Sequence record: OR352948.1
DNA length: 64,000 nucleotides
Reading direction: 5' to 3' (one strand)
DNA from: Escherichia phage AV118
Shown: piece by piece, positions 55,532-64,000 of the stretch
Numbering within the stretch: the first letter of the stretch is position 1
How the letters are laid out: the number at the start of each line of letters is the position of its first letter
Translations under genes and position numbers: made by a program
Notes under the pieces: generated by a model
Seen by the model: the letters and a program-made list of their open reading frames with translations, nothing else
Databases searched by the model: none
Told to the model about the DNA's origin: nothing

Positions 55532-56343
55532 AATTCTAATTTATCCTTTTGAAATTCTTCGTCTAAATATGGGTTCCAACCCATTTTAAACCTTTTGATG
55601 AAATTATCAATTCTAAATTTCGGTAAATTTAACTCCGCAAAAATAGATGATTTACTTTTAAAATCTGGACCTAAATAATCATATAAAATTTCTGCGTATT
55701 TTAACCATAATATATAAGTACCAGATTTAATTGCTCTAGGAGTTTTCCAAGGTTTTACGCCGTACATCGGATTTCCACTTCCTTTATGCCTGATAGAAGA
55801 TGAAATTCCAATTTTAATTTTAGCTTCCTTTGTGTGCGAAAATCCATGATGTGGATTTTCTTTCCAGTATTTTTTAGAAGCTTCTGATATTTTCTTTCTG
55901 GCTAAATTAGTATGATGCTTTCCATAAAATCCATGATTTTTACCTTTATTACGATTTCTTTTAATCATGGTTATTGATTGCTTTTCTCTAGTTTCTTTAG
56001 AAGGAGAAACACCGTACGTTGTAAATTGACCATTAGCATATGCTAAATTAAAATACTCTTTATTCCATATATCTTTTTCTATATTCTTTTGAAATTCAGC
56101 TTCAATGCTAGTTATTTGTTCATCTCCGACTAATTGAAAATATAATATTTCAACTTTCGGTGTTTCTTTCAACAGAGCTTTTTGAAATTCGGAAGATGAC
56201 GAAGACGAATAATAAAATTTACCATTTTTATCAATAATATTCGTTCCGTCAAAAGTGCAATTGGTTTTACTTCCAATATAATAATATGGCGGGGTTTTAG
56301 CATTAATTCTACTAATAAATGATAGTTTATATACTACATTCAT
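55522..56343 (-). CDS. GIY-YIG (Seg-like) homing endonuclease (273 aa)
   Basis: VYKLSFIS...PPYYYIGSK GIY-YIG motif; NUMOD-like repeats; ATGA coupled to gene 49. Confidence 0.6.
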   Translation of the reverse strand: MNVVYKLSFISRINAKTPPYYYIGSKTNCTFDGTNIIDKNGKFYYSSSSSSEFQKALLKETPKVEILYFQLVGDEQITSIEAEFQKNIEKDIWNKEYFNLAYANGQFTTYGVSPSKETREKQSITMIKRNRNKGKNHGFYGKHHTNLARKKISEASKKYWKENPHHGFSHTKEAKIKIGISSSIRHKGSGNPMYGVKPWKTPRAIKSGTYILWLKYAEILYDYLGPDFKSKSSIFAELNLPKFRIDNFIKRFKMGWNPYLDEEFQKDKLELCL

Positions 56344-56813
56344 TTTAAACTCTTTCTAAGCTGCTTCTTAAATGAAGCTATTAATTGTGTTTTGGTGTCA
56401 GATTCATTATATTCAAATCCTCTTTGAAGCATCTCGGCCATCATTTCCTCTTTTCCTAAACGAGAAAATTCCTTTGATTTATCTCCAACGAAGTTAGGGT
56501 GAATATTATTTTGGGTGTAATCGGATTTTAAATAAGTAAGTAAATTTTCTAACCATTCAAGATAATCAACGCCTTGTCCCTTTAAACCAGAGCGATTAAA
56601 TTTATGTTTCATTTGACCTTCTGCAGCATTGCAGAGATTACAAAGCAATCCACGTACCTTTCCTGCTTTTGGTCCATTTAATTCATGGTCATGATCGAGG
56701 TGATTAGCTTGAACATCAGGATTTAGTTCTCGTTGGCAAATTAAGCATTTACCGTTTTGTGCATCATAAAATTTCTGTTTTTCTTCTTTATATAATTTGC
56801 CAGTCAATAACAT
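56340..56813 (-). CDS. 49: Endonuclease VII gp49 (Holliday junction resolvase, 157 aa)
   Basis: Zn-binding Cys pairs and His-Me finger (HLDHDHELNG...CNLCN); size as T4 gp49; AATAAATA late-promoter-like motif about 30 nt upstream. Confidence 0.8.
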   Translation of the reverse strand: MLLTGKLYKEEKQKFYDAQNGKCLICQRELNPDVQANHLDHDHELNGPKAGKVRGLLCNLCNAAEGQMKHKFNRSGLKGQGVDYLEWLENLLTYLKSDYTQNNIHPNFVGDKSKEFSRLGKEEMMAEMLQRGFEYNESDTKTQLIASFKKQLRKSLK

Positions 56814-56855
56814 AATAAAACCCTTACCTTAAATAGATAAGGGTATTTATTATTT

Positions 56856-57341
56856 TCAAGTATTGTAAAACATTTGATGCAATCGCTTATATTGCCGAAT
56901 CATTTGGTCAGAAAAAGAAATTTGAGTTTCAAGCCATTCAATGTATTCTGCGGCAGCTTGCATCAGGTTACCTTCATAGCCATCGTTATTTTCTTGTGCA
57001 GCTAATTTAGCTAATGCGTATGAAATACGTTCACCTTGAAAATCGGCTTTAGGCTTCTGAACAACTTGATTAGTTCGCTCTACAACTTCTTCAATTTCGC
57101 CATTTTCGACTGATTCAGTATTCCACAAACACCAATACGTAATTGGCTTATCGTAGATGTTAATAATCTTTCCATCAGAAAGTTCAATTTCAATAATTCC
57201 AGTATCAGGTTCTATATCATCTTCACATTCTTTTGCAAGTTCACGAACTTTAAAGACAGTACCTGCACTAAGTTCCGGCCAGTAATTACACAGCCCTGTA
57301 TCAGCACGATTAATTCTAAACCACTTATCTACTGTAATCAT
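56856..57341 (-). CDS. hypothetical protein (161 aa from ATG at 57341); positional analogue of T4 Pin
   Basis: ATG at 57341 with GGAGATGGG Shine-Dalgarno gives the T4 Pin length. Confidence 0.4.
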   Translation of the reverse strand: MITVDKWFRINRADTGLCNYWPELSAGTVFKVRELAKECEDDIEPDTGIIEIELSDGKIINIYDKPITYWCLWNTESVENGEIEEVVERTNQVVQKPKADFQGERISYALAKLAAQENNDGYEGNLMQAAAEYIEWLETQISFSDQMIRQYKRLHQMFYNT

Positions 57342-57464
57342 GTCCCATCTCCATATCAATTAAGTCATTTATCGTTGGTTCATTATACACCGTTTCTTCA
57401 TCAGTGTAAACCGGTTCTTCCGGCTCTGGCTCTACAGTTTCCCATCTAGCCGCCCACCAAGGTT

Positions 57465-57785
57465 TTATAGCGTAATCCATTCTCTTACTGTCTGAGTTAC
57501 TACACGTTCTCGAAGCTCAACCAGTTCAACGGTAGGAACTGCATAATACCAATCAGAATGGTAAGAACCTGAGCGAGATTCATTTACAGCCACATGTACA
57601 TTATGTTTTGGACTAAAATAAACACACTGACGATATTGGCATTTACCATCTTGCACCCAGTCTTCTATTTCGACAGGTTTAAGATAATCGGAAAAATCGA
57701 AATCATAGTTTTCTGAAAATGCATCATGGTCTTCAATGATTTCACTCAGAACTGCATCAACATCTAATTTATTTTCAATAGTCAT
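57465..57785 (-). CDS. hypothetical protein (106 aa)
   Basis: Minus-strand ORF. Confidence 0.4.
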   Translation of the reverse strand: MTIENKLDVDAVLSEIIEDHDAFSENYDFDFSDYLKPVEIEDWVQDGKCQYRQCVYFSPKHNVHVAVNESRSGSYHSDWYYAVPTVELVELRERVVTQTVREWITL

Positions 57786-57795
57786 TTTTCACCAA

Positions 57796-58005
57796 TTAAT
57801 TTCGCAATTTATTAAGTTCTTCATAATCAATCCAGGATTCTAATCCTGATGGCAAATCAGATTCAATTTCCCAAAGAAGTTCTTCAATTTTATGAAGACG
57901 ATCTAGTTCTTCAGCAGGAATAGTAACCATTGACGGAGCTTTTGCTACATTAATATCGTAAATCATATTTACCCCAGTTTGACCATACAATCGCCGTATT
58001 TCCAC
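57796..58005 (-). CDS. hypothetical protein (69 aa)
   Basis: Minus-strand ORF. Confidence 0.35.
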   Translation of the reverse strand: MEIRRLYGQTGVNMIYDINVAKAPSMVTIPAEELDRLHKIEELLWEIESDLPSGLESWIDYEELNKLRN

Positions 58006-58184
58006 TTAGAAATAGACTTTTCACCGTTAGAATAATAAACTTCAAGTTTAGCACGATTATTTTTAATTTGAATAACCTTTGCTGTCATCAAAGTTCCATA
58101 CCCATAATAAACTGCAACTTCATCACCTACATATACCGCGCTTCCGCGGTAATCGTGAATATAGTCAGTTCCTTCGAGCATCAT
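57969..58184 (-). CDS. hypothetical protein (71 aa)
   Basis: ATGA overlap with nrdC. Confidence 0.35.
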   Translation of the reverse strand: MMLEGTDYIHDYRGSAVYVGDEVAVYYGYGTLMTAKVIQIKNNRAKLEVYYSNGEKSISKWKYGDCMVKLG

Positions 58185-58444
58185 TTAAAATATTCTCGCA
58201 GTTGGTCAAATCCACCAATATGACTTCCATCAGGAGCAAATACTTGTGGCATTGTCAAACCAATTTGAGTATCACGACCTAGTTTAGCCAGAAGCTCAGC
58301 GATTTTCTCATCATCAAAAACACCTTTTTCCGGCATAATGTTGATAAATTCAAACGGCTGTTTCTTCACGGTCAAAAGACGTTTTGCATTATCGCAATAC
58401 ACACATTTATGAATGTTGCTATCATAACCATATACTTTAAACAT
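58181..58444 (-). CDS. nrdC: Glutaredoxin-like thioredoxin NrdC (87 aa)
   Basis: CVYC active site; size as T4 NrdC. Confidence 0.75.
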   Translation of the reverse strand: MFKVYGYDSNIHKCVYCDNAKRLLTVKKQPFEFINIMPEKGVFDDEKIAELLAKLGRDTQIGLTMPQVFAPDGSHIGGFDQLREYFK

Positions 58445-58466
58445 ATTATTCCTTAATTCCTAGTAC

Positions 58467-58688
58467 TCATTTAAAAGTCTCGTCGTAATCAAGACTTTGG
58501 CCCGTTTGTTCTTTATGTTTGTATATAATATCACTTACTTCTGATAGCATATTTTTATATGAACGAGTTAAAGCAGATTTAAGCACGCTGTATCTATCAG
58601 GAAATTTACCATGTTCATTATAATACGCTATTGCTAATTCACGGACTGCCTTTTCAGCAGTCTCCGTATATTCTTTACGCTTTGTCAT
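58467..58688 (-). CDS. hypothetical protein (73 aa)
   Basis: Minus-strand ORF. Confidence 0.4.
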   Translation of the reverse strand: MTKRKEYTETAEKAVRELAIAYYNEHGKFPDRYSVLKSALTRSYKNMLSEVSDIIYKHKEQTGQSLDYDETFK

Positions 58689-58690
58689 TT

Positions 58691-59080
58691 TTAATCCAAA
58701 ATATTATTAGGCATTGGTTGAACACTCACAAGTTCTTTAAAGAACTCAGTAGAATCAGGCAATTTAACCATTTCCGGAGCATGCTTACTGAATTTATGTT
58801 TACATTGACGGCATTTATATTCAAGCTCTGGTTTACGCCAGTTAATCAATTGAACTTGTTCAGTACCGCATTCAGGGCAATTAGGAACGTTTTTAGAAGC
58901 TCTTTCACGTCGTTCAACCATAGCCATAATAGCATCCCATGCTGGAGGTTTAAAATCTAAATCGTCGCAGCCGTGAATCTTTCCACGCATTTCCATATCA
59001 TCTTCCTCACCAGCCATAATAATTTTAATTAAACTGGAATTACTTGAAGCTGCAATGTCTTCTAATAAACGCTTTTTCAT
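58691..59080 (-). CDS. Zinc-ribbon protein (129 aa)
   Basis: CPECG...CRQC Cys pairs. Confidence 0.4.
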   Translation of the reverse strand: MKKRLLEDIAASSNSSLIKIIMAGEEDDMEMRGKIHGCDDLDFKPPAWDAIMAMVERRERASKNVPNCPECGTEQVQLINWRKPELEYKCRQCKHKFSKHAPEMVKLPDSTEFFKELVSVQPMPNNILD

Positions 59081-60027
59081 TTCAATACCTCAATAGCATT
59101 ACGTAAACCATTTGCTTTTGCATTAAGAGCTTTTAACAATTTGGTGTGTTCTGCAATTTGGGCTTCAACTCCAATCAAACGGGCATTGAGATATTCACGT
59201 TCTTCACTCAGATTATCAACCTTTTCTACTTTAGGCTCTTTTACAACTGTCTTATATGTATTAGGGTTCTTCAGTTTAATTAGAATGCGTGAACTGTACA
59301 GCATTGAATCATTATCTTCGGATTCGTCGAACGTTTCAACAACATCCATAGTCTCTAACAATGTAATAAGTTTATAAGACAACGAACGAATAGTTTTGTT
59401 GTGCTTATTAATTTCTTCGGCTTTCATGGTACCGAGATTACGTGAGTAATAATAAGGAACCTGGATATCAATTGATAATGATGCGTTACCATTACCGGTT
59501 GGTTTGAATACTGCAGTAACCCAATCTTTAACATGAACTTTATTTGTACGACCATCACCGCCTGTGAATAATTTACGAGAATGTTTAAAAAGCATATTCA
59601 CTTGTTTATTGAATTCACAAGCAAATTTATCAGCGAATTTAGTTTCAGGAATGGTAGATAACCAATCAGCCAAATGAGTCTTTTTAACATCATTAACAAT
59701 AGTGAATTCAACCAAATCGGTTTTAGATGTCACAGATTTAATAAAGCTCGGCTTCATAAAGTTTTTAATGTTATCGCGAGCTACAGTAGAAGATAATAAA
59801 CGAGAACGTTTGAACCATTGAAGCAGTGTCCCTAATGAATGAGAATACGCATTCTGAGTATCTTTACAGATATGATTTTCTTGGCCTGTATATGTACCAA
59901 AATCTCGAAGAATACCACTTACTACATCTCGGTGTGGAACATCAAATCCTAGTGCACCAGAAGCGCGCTGAGCATGAACGTTAGCGATAAGACCGGCAAA
60001 GTATTCAATGTAATGTGAACGTGTCAT
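59077..60027 (-). CDS. hypothetical protein with C-terminal coiled coil (316 aa)
   Basis: ATG at 60027 with GAGAGGAAA Shine-Dalgarno; promoter 60056-60085. Confidence 0.45.
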   Translation of the reverse strand: MTRSHYIEYFAGLIANVHAQRASGALGFDVPHRDVVSGILRDFGTYTGQENHICKDTQNAYSHSLGTLLQWFKRSRLLSSTVARDNIKNFMKPSFIKSVTSKTDLVEFTIVNDVKKTHLADWLSTIPETKFADKFACEFNKQVNMLFKHSRKLFTGGDGRTNKVHVKDWVTAVFKPTGNGNASLSIDIQVPYYYSRNLGTMKAEEINKHNKTIRSLSYKLITLLETMDVVETFDESEDNDSMLYSSRILIKLKNPNTYKTVVKEPKVEKVDNLSEEREYLNARLIGVEAQIAEHTKLLKALNAKANGLRNAIEVLK

Positions 60028-60055
60028 AATATTTTCCTCTCGTTAAGATAGAAAG

Positions 60056-60085
60056 ATTATACTCCAACCATCCTTGGTTGTACAT
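60056..60085 (-). promoter_or_regulatory. Early-type promoter (-10 TATAAT; caacca/tggttg inverted repeat in spacer); second copy of the 27-nt repeat
   Basis: 27 nt identical to 17031-17057. Confidence 0.4.
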
Positions 60086-61080
60086 CATTCCTTAAGAAGT
60101 TTTACTACCTGAATAAGATTAGCTCGTTCTGTTTTATTTTTACCGTTTAAGCCTGCTAATCGTGAGATTTCATCGTCGGTCTGTTGAATAGTTACATTAA
60201 GTTCGTTAATCAAAGCTTCAAAGTATTTGATTTGCTCAGCATGTTTTGATTCAAATTTCTGAACCGGAATAACGTCTTGGTTTAGTTCATCAATAAGGTC
60301 TTTAAGAGCATCTTCTTGGTTGATATCATATTCAACTTCTTTTATTTCTTCAACAAGCTCGTCTTTATATCTAACGTCTTTTAGTCCTGGGATCGGGCCT
60401 AAAATCTCTTCTTTAAGAGTACAAACATATCCAATACGGTATCCAATGCCGTCTCGCTTGATATCAACTTCGTCGATAAATCCACAATGTTTAAAACCAG
60501 AGCCGATTAGGTCAAAATATCCTTGACGTCGTCCTTCAAACGTTACACGAACTACTAAGATGGTTTTGCCACCAACCTTTTGAAGCTCACATTTATAAAA
60601 GTCTGTTGAACCTGAATAACGTGGATGAGTTTTAAAGTTCATCTGACGATCTAGGCCCATTTGTAAACGTGCTGTTACGGCCAGAAAACGTGTTTGGTTC
60701 TCGTTAAGATGAGCAACAATCCATTTCAAAGGCATTTTACCATGTTCACGACCGAACAAATCAGTACGTCCTAAATTACGCAGGATATTGTTAGAGTTAA
60801 TCATCGACAGAACGTTAAGTTTATTCAGCGCGCTGAAGATTCCATCGGCCATTGATTTTCCGTAACCTTTACATGCTTTAATAAGCGCTCGCGGTAGATT
60901 AGTATAGATTTCAGACGGCATATGAAAATCAAATTTACTAGTCAGTAATTGATGAACTTGGATAGCAATTTGTTCATAATTAAGTGCTCTGCGATCGTTA
61001 TGGTCTTTAAACCACACTTTAATCTGTGAAGCACATAAACCGTTAATTTCATGTTTTACCGCATCAGATGTAATGCTCAT
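60085..61080 (-). CDS. hypothetical protein with C-terminal coiled coil (331 aa)
   Basis: Minus-strand ORF. Confidence 0.45.
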   Translation of the reverse strand: MSITSDAVKHEINGLCASQIKVWFKDHNDRRALNYEQIAIQVHQLLTSKFDFHMPSEIYTNLPRALIKACKGYGKSMADGIFSALNKLNVLSMINSNNILRNLGRTDLFGREHGKMPLKWIVAHLNENQTRFLAVTARLQMGLDRQMNFKTHPRYSGSTDFYKCELQKVGGKTILVVRVTFEGRRQGYFDLIGSGFKHCGFIDEVDIKRDGIGYRIGYVCTLKEEILGPIPGLKDVRYKDELVEEIKEVEYDINQEDALKDLIDELNQDVIPVQKFESKHAEQIKYFEALINELNVTIQQTDDEISRLAGLNGKNKTERANLIQVVKLLKE

Positions 61081-61142
61081 AACTATTTCCTCAGATTGAA
61101 TTGGAATTCAAAACCATTATAACCCGTCCTTGGGTAAAGCGT

Positions 61143-61670
61143 TTATGCGTGAACCGTCTTTAAACGTTCTTCAAATTTCCGAAGAGTACTAATACGTTCT
61201 GCTTTCTGTTTTGTATAGTTTGCAATACGTTCTGAAGTGAGAGCGTATCGTTCGTTTACTGATTCTTTCATGAAGTCAGGGATTTCACGAGAAGCTTTAA
61301 TTTCATCAAACTTATCGAGTACTGCCTGGTCTTCAGCGATTAAATTTTCGTACATCTCGATATCTTTCTTGATAAACTCGATATCTTCCTGGGTTACTTT
61401 GGATAAACGAGATGCTTTATCCTTTTTGTACTGCTCGTTAGTTTCACGAGACCAGAATAATGTACGTTTTTTGTTAGTGTTTTTGTAGACTTCCACAATT
61501 CCAACTGAATCGATGATAACAATCCAATTCCAGCGAGATTTGAAAATCTGACCTCCGTCCACGGTAATCTCGTTACCATAAGCAATGTCATTAAAGAACT
61601 TACTTTGTGCTTCAGATTTAAATTTACCGTCGTTATAATTTACCAGGTTGAAAATATCTTTAGCGTTCAT
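61143..61670 (-). CDS. hypothetical protein (175 aa)
   Basis: GGAGG Shine-Dalgarno; promoter 61698-61726. Confidence 0.45.
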   Translation of the reverse strand: MNAKDIFNLVNYNDGKFKSEAQSKFFNDIAYGNEITVDGGQIFKSRWNWIVIIDSVGIVEVYKNTNKKRTLFWSRETNEQYKKDKASRLSKVTQEDIEFIKKDIEMYENLIAEDQAVLDKFDEIKASREIPDFMKESVNERYALTSERIANYTKQKAERISTLRKFEERLKTVHA

Positions 61671-61697
61671 GTTTTACCTCCAGTAGTTGATAGGTCT

Positions 61698-61726
61698 ATA
61701 ATAACATAACCATAGACCTTGTAAAC
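61698..61726 (-). promoter_or_regulatory. T4-early-type promoter (GTTTAC-N17-TATTAT) with aggtctat/atagacct inverted repeat around -10
   Basis: Read on minus strand. Confidence 0.5.
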
Positions 61727-61728
61727 AA

Positions 61729-62016
61729 CTAAAAGAAACTTTTTTCGGTATTTTTTCCACTGAACCAAACAGACTTCGGGATTTTTTGTAATTTTTCAGA
61801 TTTAAGTTTCTCTTCCTGTTCTTTCTTATATACACCCTTGTCGTACTGGAGCATCTCTATGGCATTCTTTTGCAAACGATCTAAGGTAATTAAGGCTTTA
61901 GTTTTTCCTTTCAAGGAAGAGTCTTGGCGAACCTCCTCGCTATATTGCATCGTAGAACTAACCATACGATGAGCATACAGTTCTACTGCGGCTTTAATTT
62001 TTTGCATAAAATCCAT
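61729..62016 (-). CDS. hypothetical protein (95 aa)
   Basis: Minus-strand ORF. Confidence 0.35.
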   Translation of the reverse strand: MDFMQKIKAAVELYAHRMVSSTMQYSEEVRQDSSLKGKTKALITLDRLQKNAIEMLQYDKGVYKKEQEEKLKSEKLQKIPKSVWFSGKNTEKSFF

Positions 62017-62192
62017 AACATATCCTCTTTGATTTGTACATCATTATTTTTAAATATTTCTATGCCCTCAGTAGGTTCCTGGTGTCCTTCTTTGAGGTAA
62101 GCCATATGATTATTCATCTTTATGGCTTTTGTTACCTCAGAACTTCCTATAAAGCTTATTTCAGTAAAGTAACTTCCGAGATTTCTTCCCAA
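61983..62192 (-). CDS. hypothetical protein (69 aa)
   Basis: Minus-strand ORF overlapping neighbours. Confidence 0.3.
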   Translation of the reverse strand: MGRNLGSYFTEISFIGSSEVTKAIKMNNHMAYLKEGHQEPTEGIEIFKNNDVQIKEDMLWILCKKLKPQ

Positions 62193-63136
62193 CCATCTTT
62201 ATCAGTTGAAATAAAATCTGCTACATAAAGAGCCGTACGTAATGATACATTGCGAAGACGAGATACGTTAGCCTTCATCCAGGACAATGCTTTGTACGTT
62301 TCTGCATCCGTCAGGCCACGTTTCTGCATCATGTCAGTAGATAATATTACATCTTCAACTCGAACCATAATCTCTTCATTAGAGTGTACTCCAAGGTCGA
62401 GATACACTGAACGAGATACTAAAGCTTGAAGGTGTGGAGCAAGTTTCGAACCCCGTTCTAACTCTTTATCGATATCAACGTTTGTAATGAAAACGATAGT
62501 ACCTTCAAACTCAAATTCTTTATCAATACCCTTATCCTCGAGATAAGATGACGCAGTGCTCCAACAAACTTTGCGTTTATCGCCGGTATCTAATGCTGCT
62601 TTAAGAAGGTTCAAGATGTCCATATCTGAGAATACGTCAACGTCGTCGATTAAGAGAACGCTGTCTGCATCACGGTTGAGCCAAAGTTGTTCGTAAAGGC
62701 CAATACCAGAGATTTTACCATTAATGCTTTTGTATTTGATGAAACCATTATCATTAGCGTTATTAAGTGCTTTATCCAGAGAATACGTCTTACCAATACC
62801 GGCTGCACCTGAAATAATGAGTGAACGAATTTTGCCATCGATAATGCCATTCGTCATCATGTTCATTACTTTAAAGCGTTTGTTGATACGAGTTTTCATA
62901 TCTTCAGTGCTTTCAATAACTGCAACTGGTGACGTCCCAACTCCTTCCATTACGATGTCTGATTTGAAGACCCATACTCCACGTTCAGAACCATCAATCA
63001 TAACGAAAATTTTACCATCACCTAAGTGGGAACATTCAGGATTAAGCTTTGCCGGGAACCATGTCTTTGTGGCAACATAAGAACCAGAGATTTCGTTATT
63101 ACGATAGATACCTTTTTTGATTTGAACGTTGAACAT
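62156..63136 (-). CDS. P-loop AAA-type ATPase of unknown function (326 aa from ATG at 63136)
   Basis: Walker A GAAGIGKT, Walker B VLLIDDVD; ATG at 63136 with GGAG Shine-Dalgarno. Confidence 0.5.
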   Translation of the reverse strand: MFNVQIKKGIYRNNEISGSYVATKTWFPAKLNPECSHLGDGKIFVMIDGSERGVWVFKSDIVMEGVGTSPVAVIESTEDMKTRINKRFKVMNMMTNGIIDGKIRSLIISGAAGIGKTYSLDKALNNANDNGFIKYKSINGKISGIGLYEQLWLNRDADSVLLIDDVDVFSDMDILNLLKAALDTGDKRKVCWSTASSYLEDKGIDKEFEFEGTIVFITNVDIDKELERGSKLAPHLQALVSRSVYLDLGVHSNEEIMVRVEDVILSTDMMQKRGLTDAETYKALSWMKANVSRLRNVSLRTALYVADFISTDKDGWEEISEVTLLK

Positions 63137-63174
63137 TTTATTCTCCAATTTACTCATTTCGTTTCGATAGGTCT

Positions 63175-63203
63175 ATAATAACATGTTTAAAGCAAAAGTA
63201 AAC
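63175..63203 (-). promoter_or_regulatory. T4-early-type promoter (GTTTAC-N17-TATTAT)
   Basis: Read on minus strand. Confidence 0.5.
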
Positions 63204-63205
63204 AA

Positions 63206-63424
63206 TTATTTGCGACGAGATTTTTTGGTAAGAGGTTGAAAGAACACTGCTTTACCGGCTGGGGTTAAGGTGACCCGTAATGCATTACCGATTCCTAAGG
63301 ATGCTTTAACTAGACCTTTAGCTTTCAGTTCACCGAATGCTTGACATTGGTCTGCATCACGAGTGTTAACCATAAGACCTTTATCACCGGCTTCACGAAT
63401 CATTTCTAACATTTTGGTTTTCAT
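63206..63424 (-). CDS. hypothetical basic protein (72 aa from ATG at 63424)
   Basis: ATG at 63424; the longer ORF-track form runs into the promoter. Confidence 0.4.
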   Translation of the reverse strand: MKTKMLEMIREAGDKGLMVNTRDADQCQAFGELKAKGLVKASLGIGNALRVTLTPAGKAVFFQPLTKKSRRK

Positions 63425-63453
63425 TTTGTTCTCCTCTTGTTTTGATAGGTCTA

Positions 63454-63482
63454 TAATAACATATCCTAAAAGCATGTACACT
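63454..63482 (-). promoter_or_regulatory. Promoter (-10 TATTAT with upstream TGCTTTT MotA-box-like element)
   Basis: Shares the gataggtctataata motif; approximate. Confidence 0.35.
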
Positions 63483-63529
63483 ACTTTTTAAAAATATTTT
63501 AACCCCCTAAAGGGACCCGAAGGCCCTTA

Positions 63530-64000
63530 TCATTTATAGTATGAATTGTGGTTTTCTAAGTAGACTTGTTCAAGGAAATCATCCCAGAAACTCATATCTA
63601 CTTTTTGTTGCATACCGTTCTTAGCGGCTTGTTCCGATGCTTGTTCAACTTGGTCAACGATATCTTCTAGGAATTCTTGTACAGTTTTAAACGTATGTTT
63701 ACCAAGCTTAACATCGAGAATAAATGGAGCATCCTGAAGTGGGTAAACCAGGTCGCCGGTTTTGTAAATTTCCAATAATTGAAGTCCACCACGACATGCA
63801 TGACTCAATGCTTTCCAGTCAATACCTTCGTTGGCTTCAGCCTTACGAGCACGTTCACCATAGTTCTCTTCCAGTTTAACCAGGATGGCATTGAACTCTT
63901 TGTTAGTTAACGTATCTTGGAATTTACGGTCCAACAGACTATAAAATGTTTGCTTACCTGTTTTCTCGTTTTCGGTTTCAACCCATGAAGCAAATTCACC
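63530..64000 (-). CDS. hypothetical protein, 5' end beyond window (partial)
   Basis: Reading frame stays open to the window edge; ORF-track start at 63934 is a TTG. Confidence 0.4.
   Translation of the reverse strand, partial: GEFASWVETENEKTGKQTFYSLLDRKFQDTLTNKEFNAILVKLEENYGERARKAEANEGIDWKALSHACRGGLQLLEIYKTGDLVYPLQDAPFILDVKLGKHTFKTVQEFLEDIVDQVEQASEQAAKNGMQQKVDMSFWDDFLEQVYLENHNSYYK

Noticed and set aside
59077-61080. The 316-aa and 331-aa proteins as paralogues
   Set aside because: Apart from C-terminal coiled-coil character I could not align them convincingly by eye; treated as unrelated.
1-64000. CRISPR arrays, tRNA genes, integrase/transposase genes
   Set aside because: No regularly spaced direct repeats, no cloverleaf-like tRNA candidates noticed by eye, and no recombinase motifs; consistent with a virulent T4-like phage (the T4 tRNA cluster lies outside the syntenic interval).

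Overview
This 64-kb window is a T4-like (T-even, Tevenvirinae) myovirus genome segment covering the early/middle gene region; almost every gene is on the minus strand, tightly packed and often coupled by ATGA/TAATG stop-start overlaps. Recognisable core genes, in transcription order (high to low coordinate), are nrdC, pin, 49, nrdD, nrdG, nrdH, 55, 47, 46, rpbA, 45, 44, 62, regA, 43, 42, uvsX, 40, 41, dmd, 61, 56, soc, modB, modA, srd, dda, dexA, 39, rIIA, rIIB, ndd, 52 and motA. The main departure from the T4 layout is that the canonical alpha- and beta-glucosyltransferase slots hold no glucosyltransferase-sized homologue. Instead there is a sugar-nucleotide biosynthesis island between genes 42 and 43 (SIS arabinose-5-phosphate-isomerase-like, HAD phosphatase, bifunctional sugar kinase/nucleotidyltransferase, and a Cys-rich enzyme with a C-terminal CxxxCxxC), a P-loop protein plus a 299-aa unknown in the beta-gt slot, and a GT-B glycosyltransferase between rIIA and 39. 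Together with a dCMP hydroxymethylase that has the cytosine-specific Asp, this points to a non-glucose (probably arabinose-type) hydroxymethylcytosine hypermodification system. The window is also rich in homing endonuclease genes: three intact GIY-YIG (Seg-like) genes, plus a GIY-YIG and an HNH gene flanking gene 39 that are each broken by a single-base frameshift in a homopolymer run. Regulatory signals include T4-early-type promoters (GTTTAC, 17-18 nt spacer, TATAAT-like) whose -10 often sits inside an inverted repeat, candidate MotA-box middle promoters, a TATAAATA late promoter for soc, and recurrent C(UUCG)G hairpin terminators. All functional calls rest on motif and synteny recognition by eye; no database search was run.
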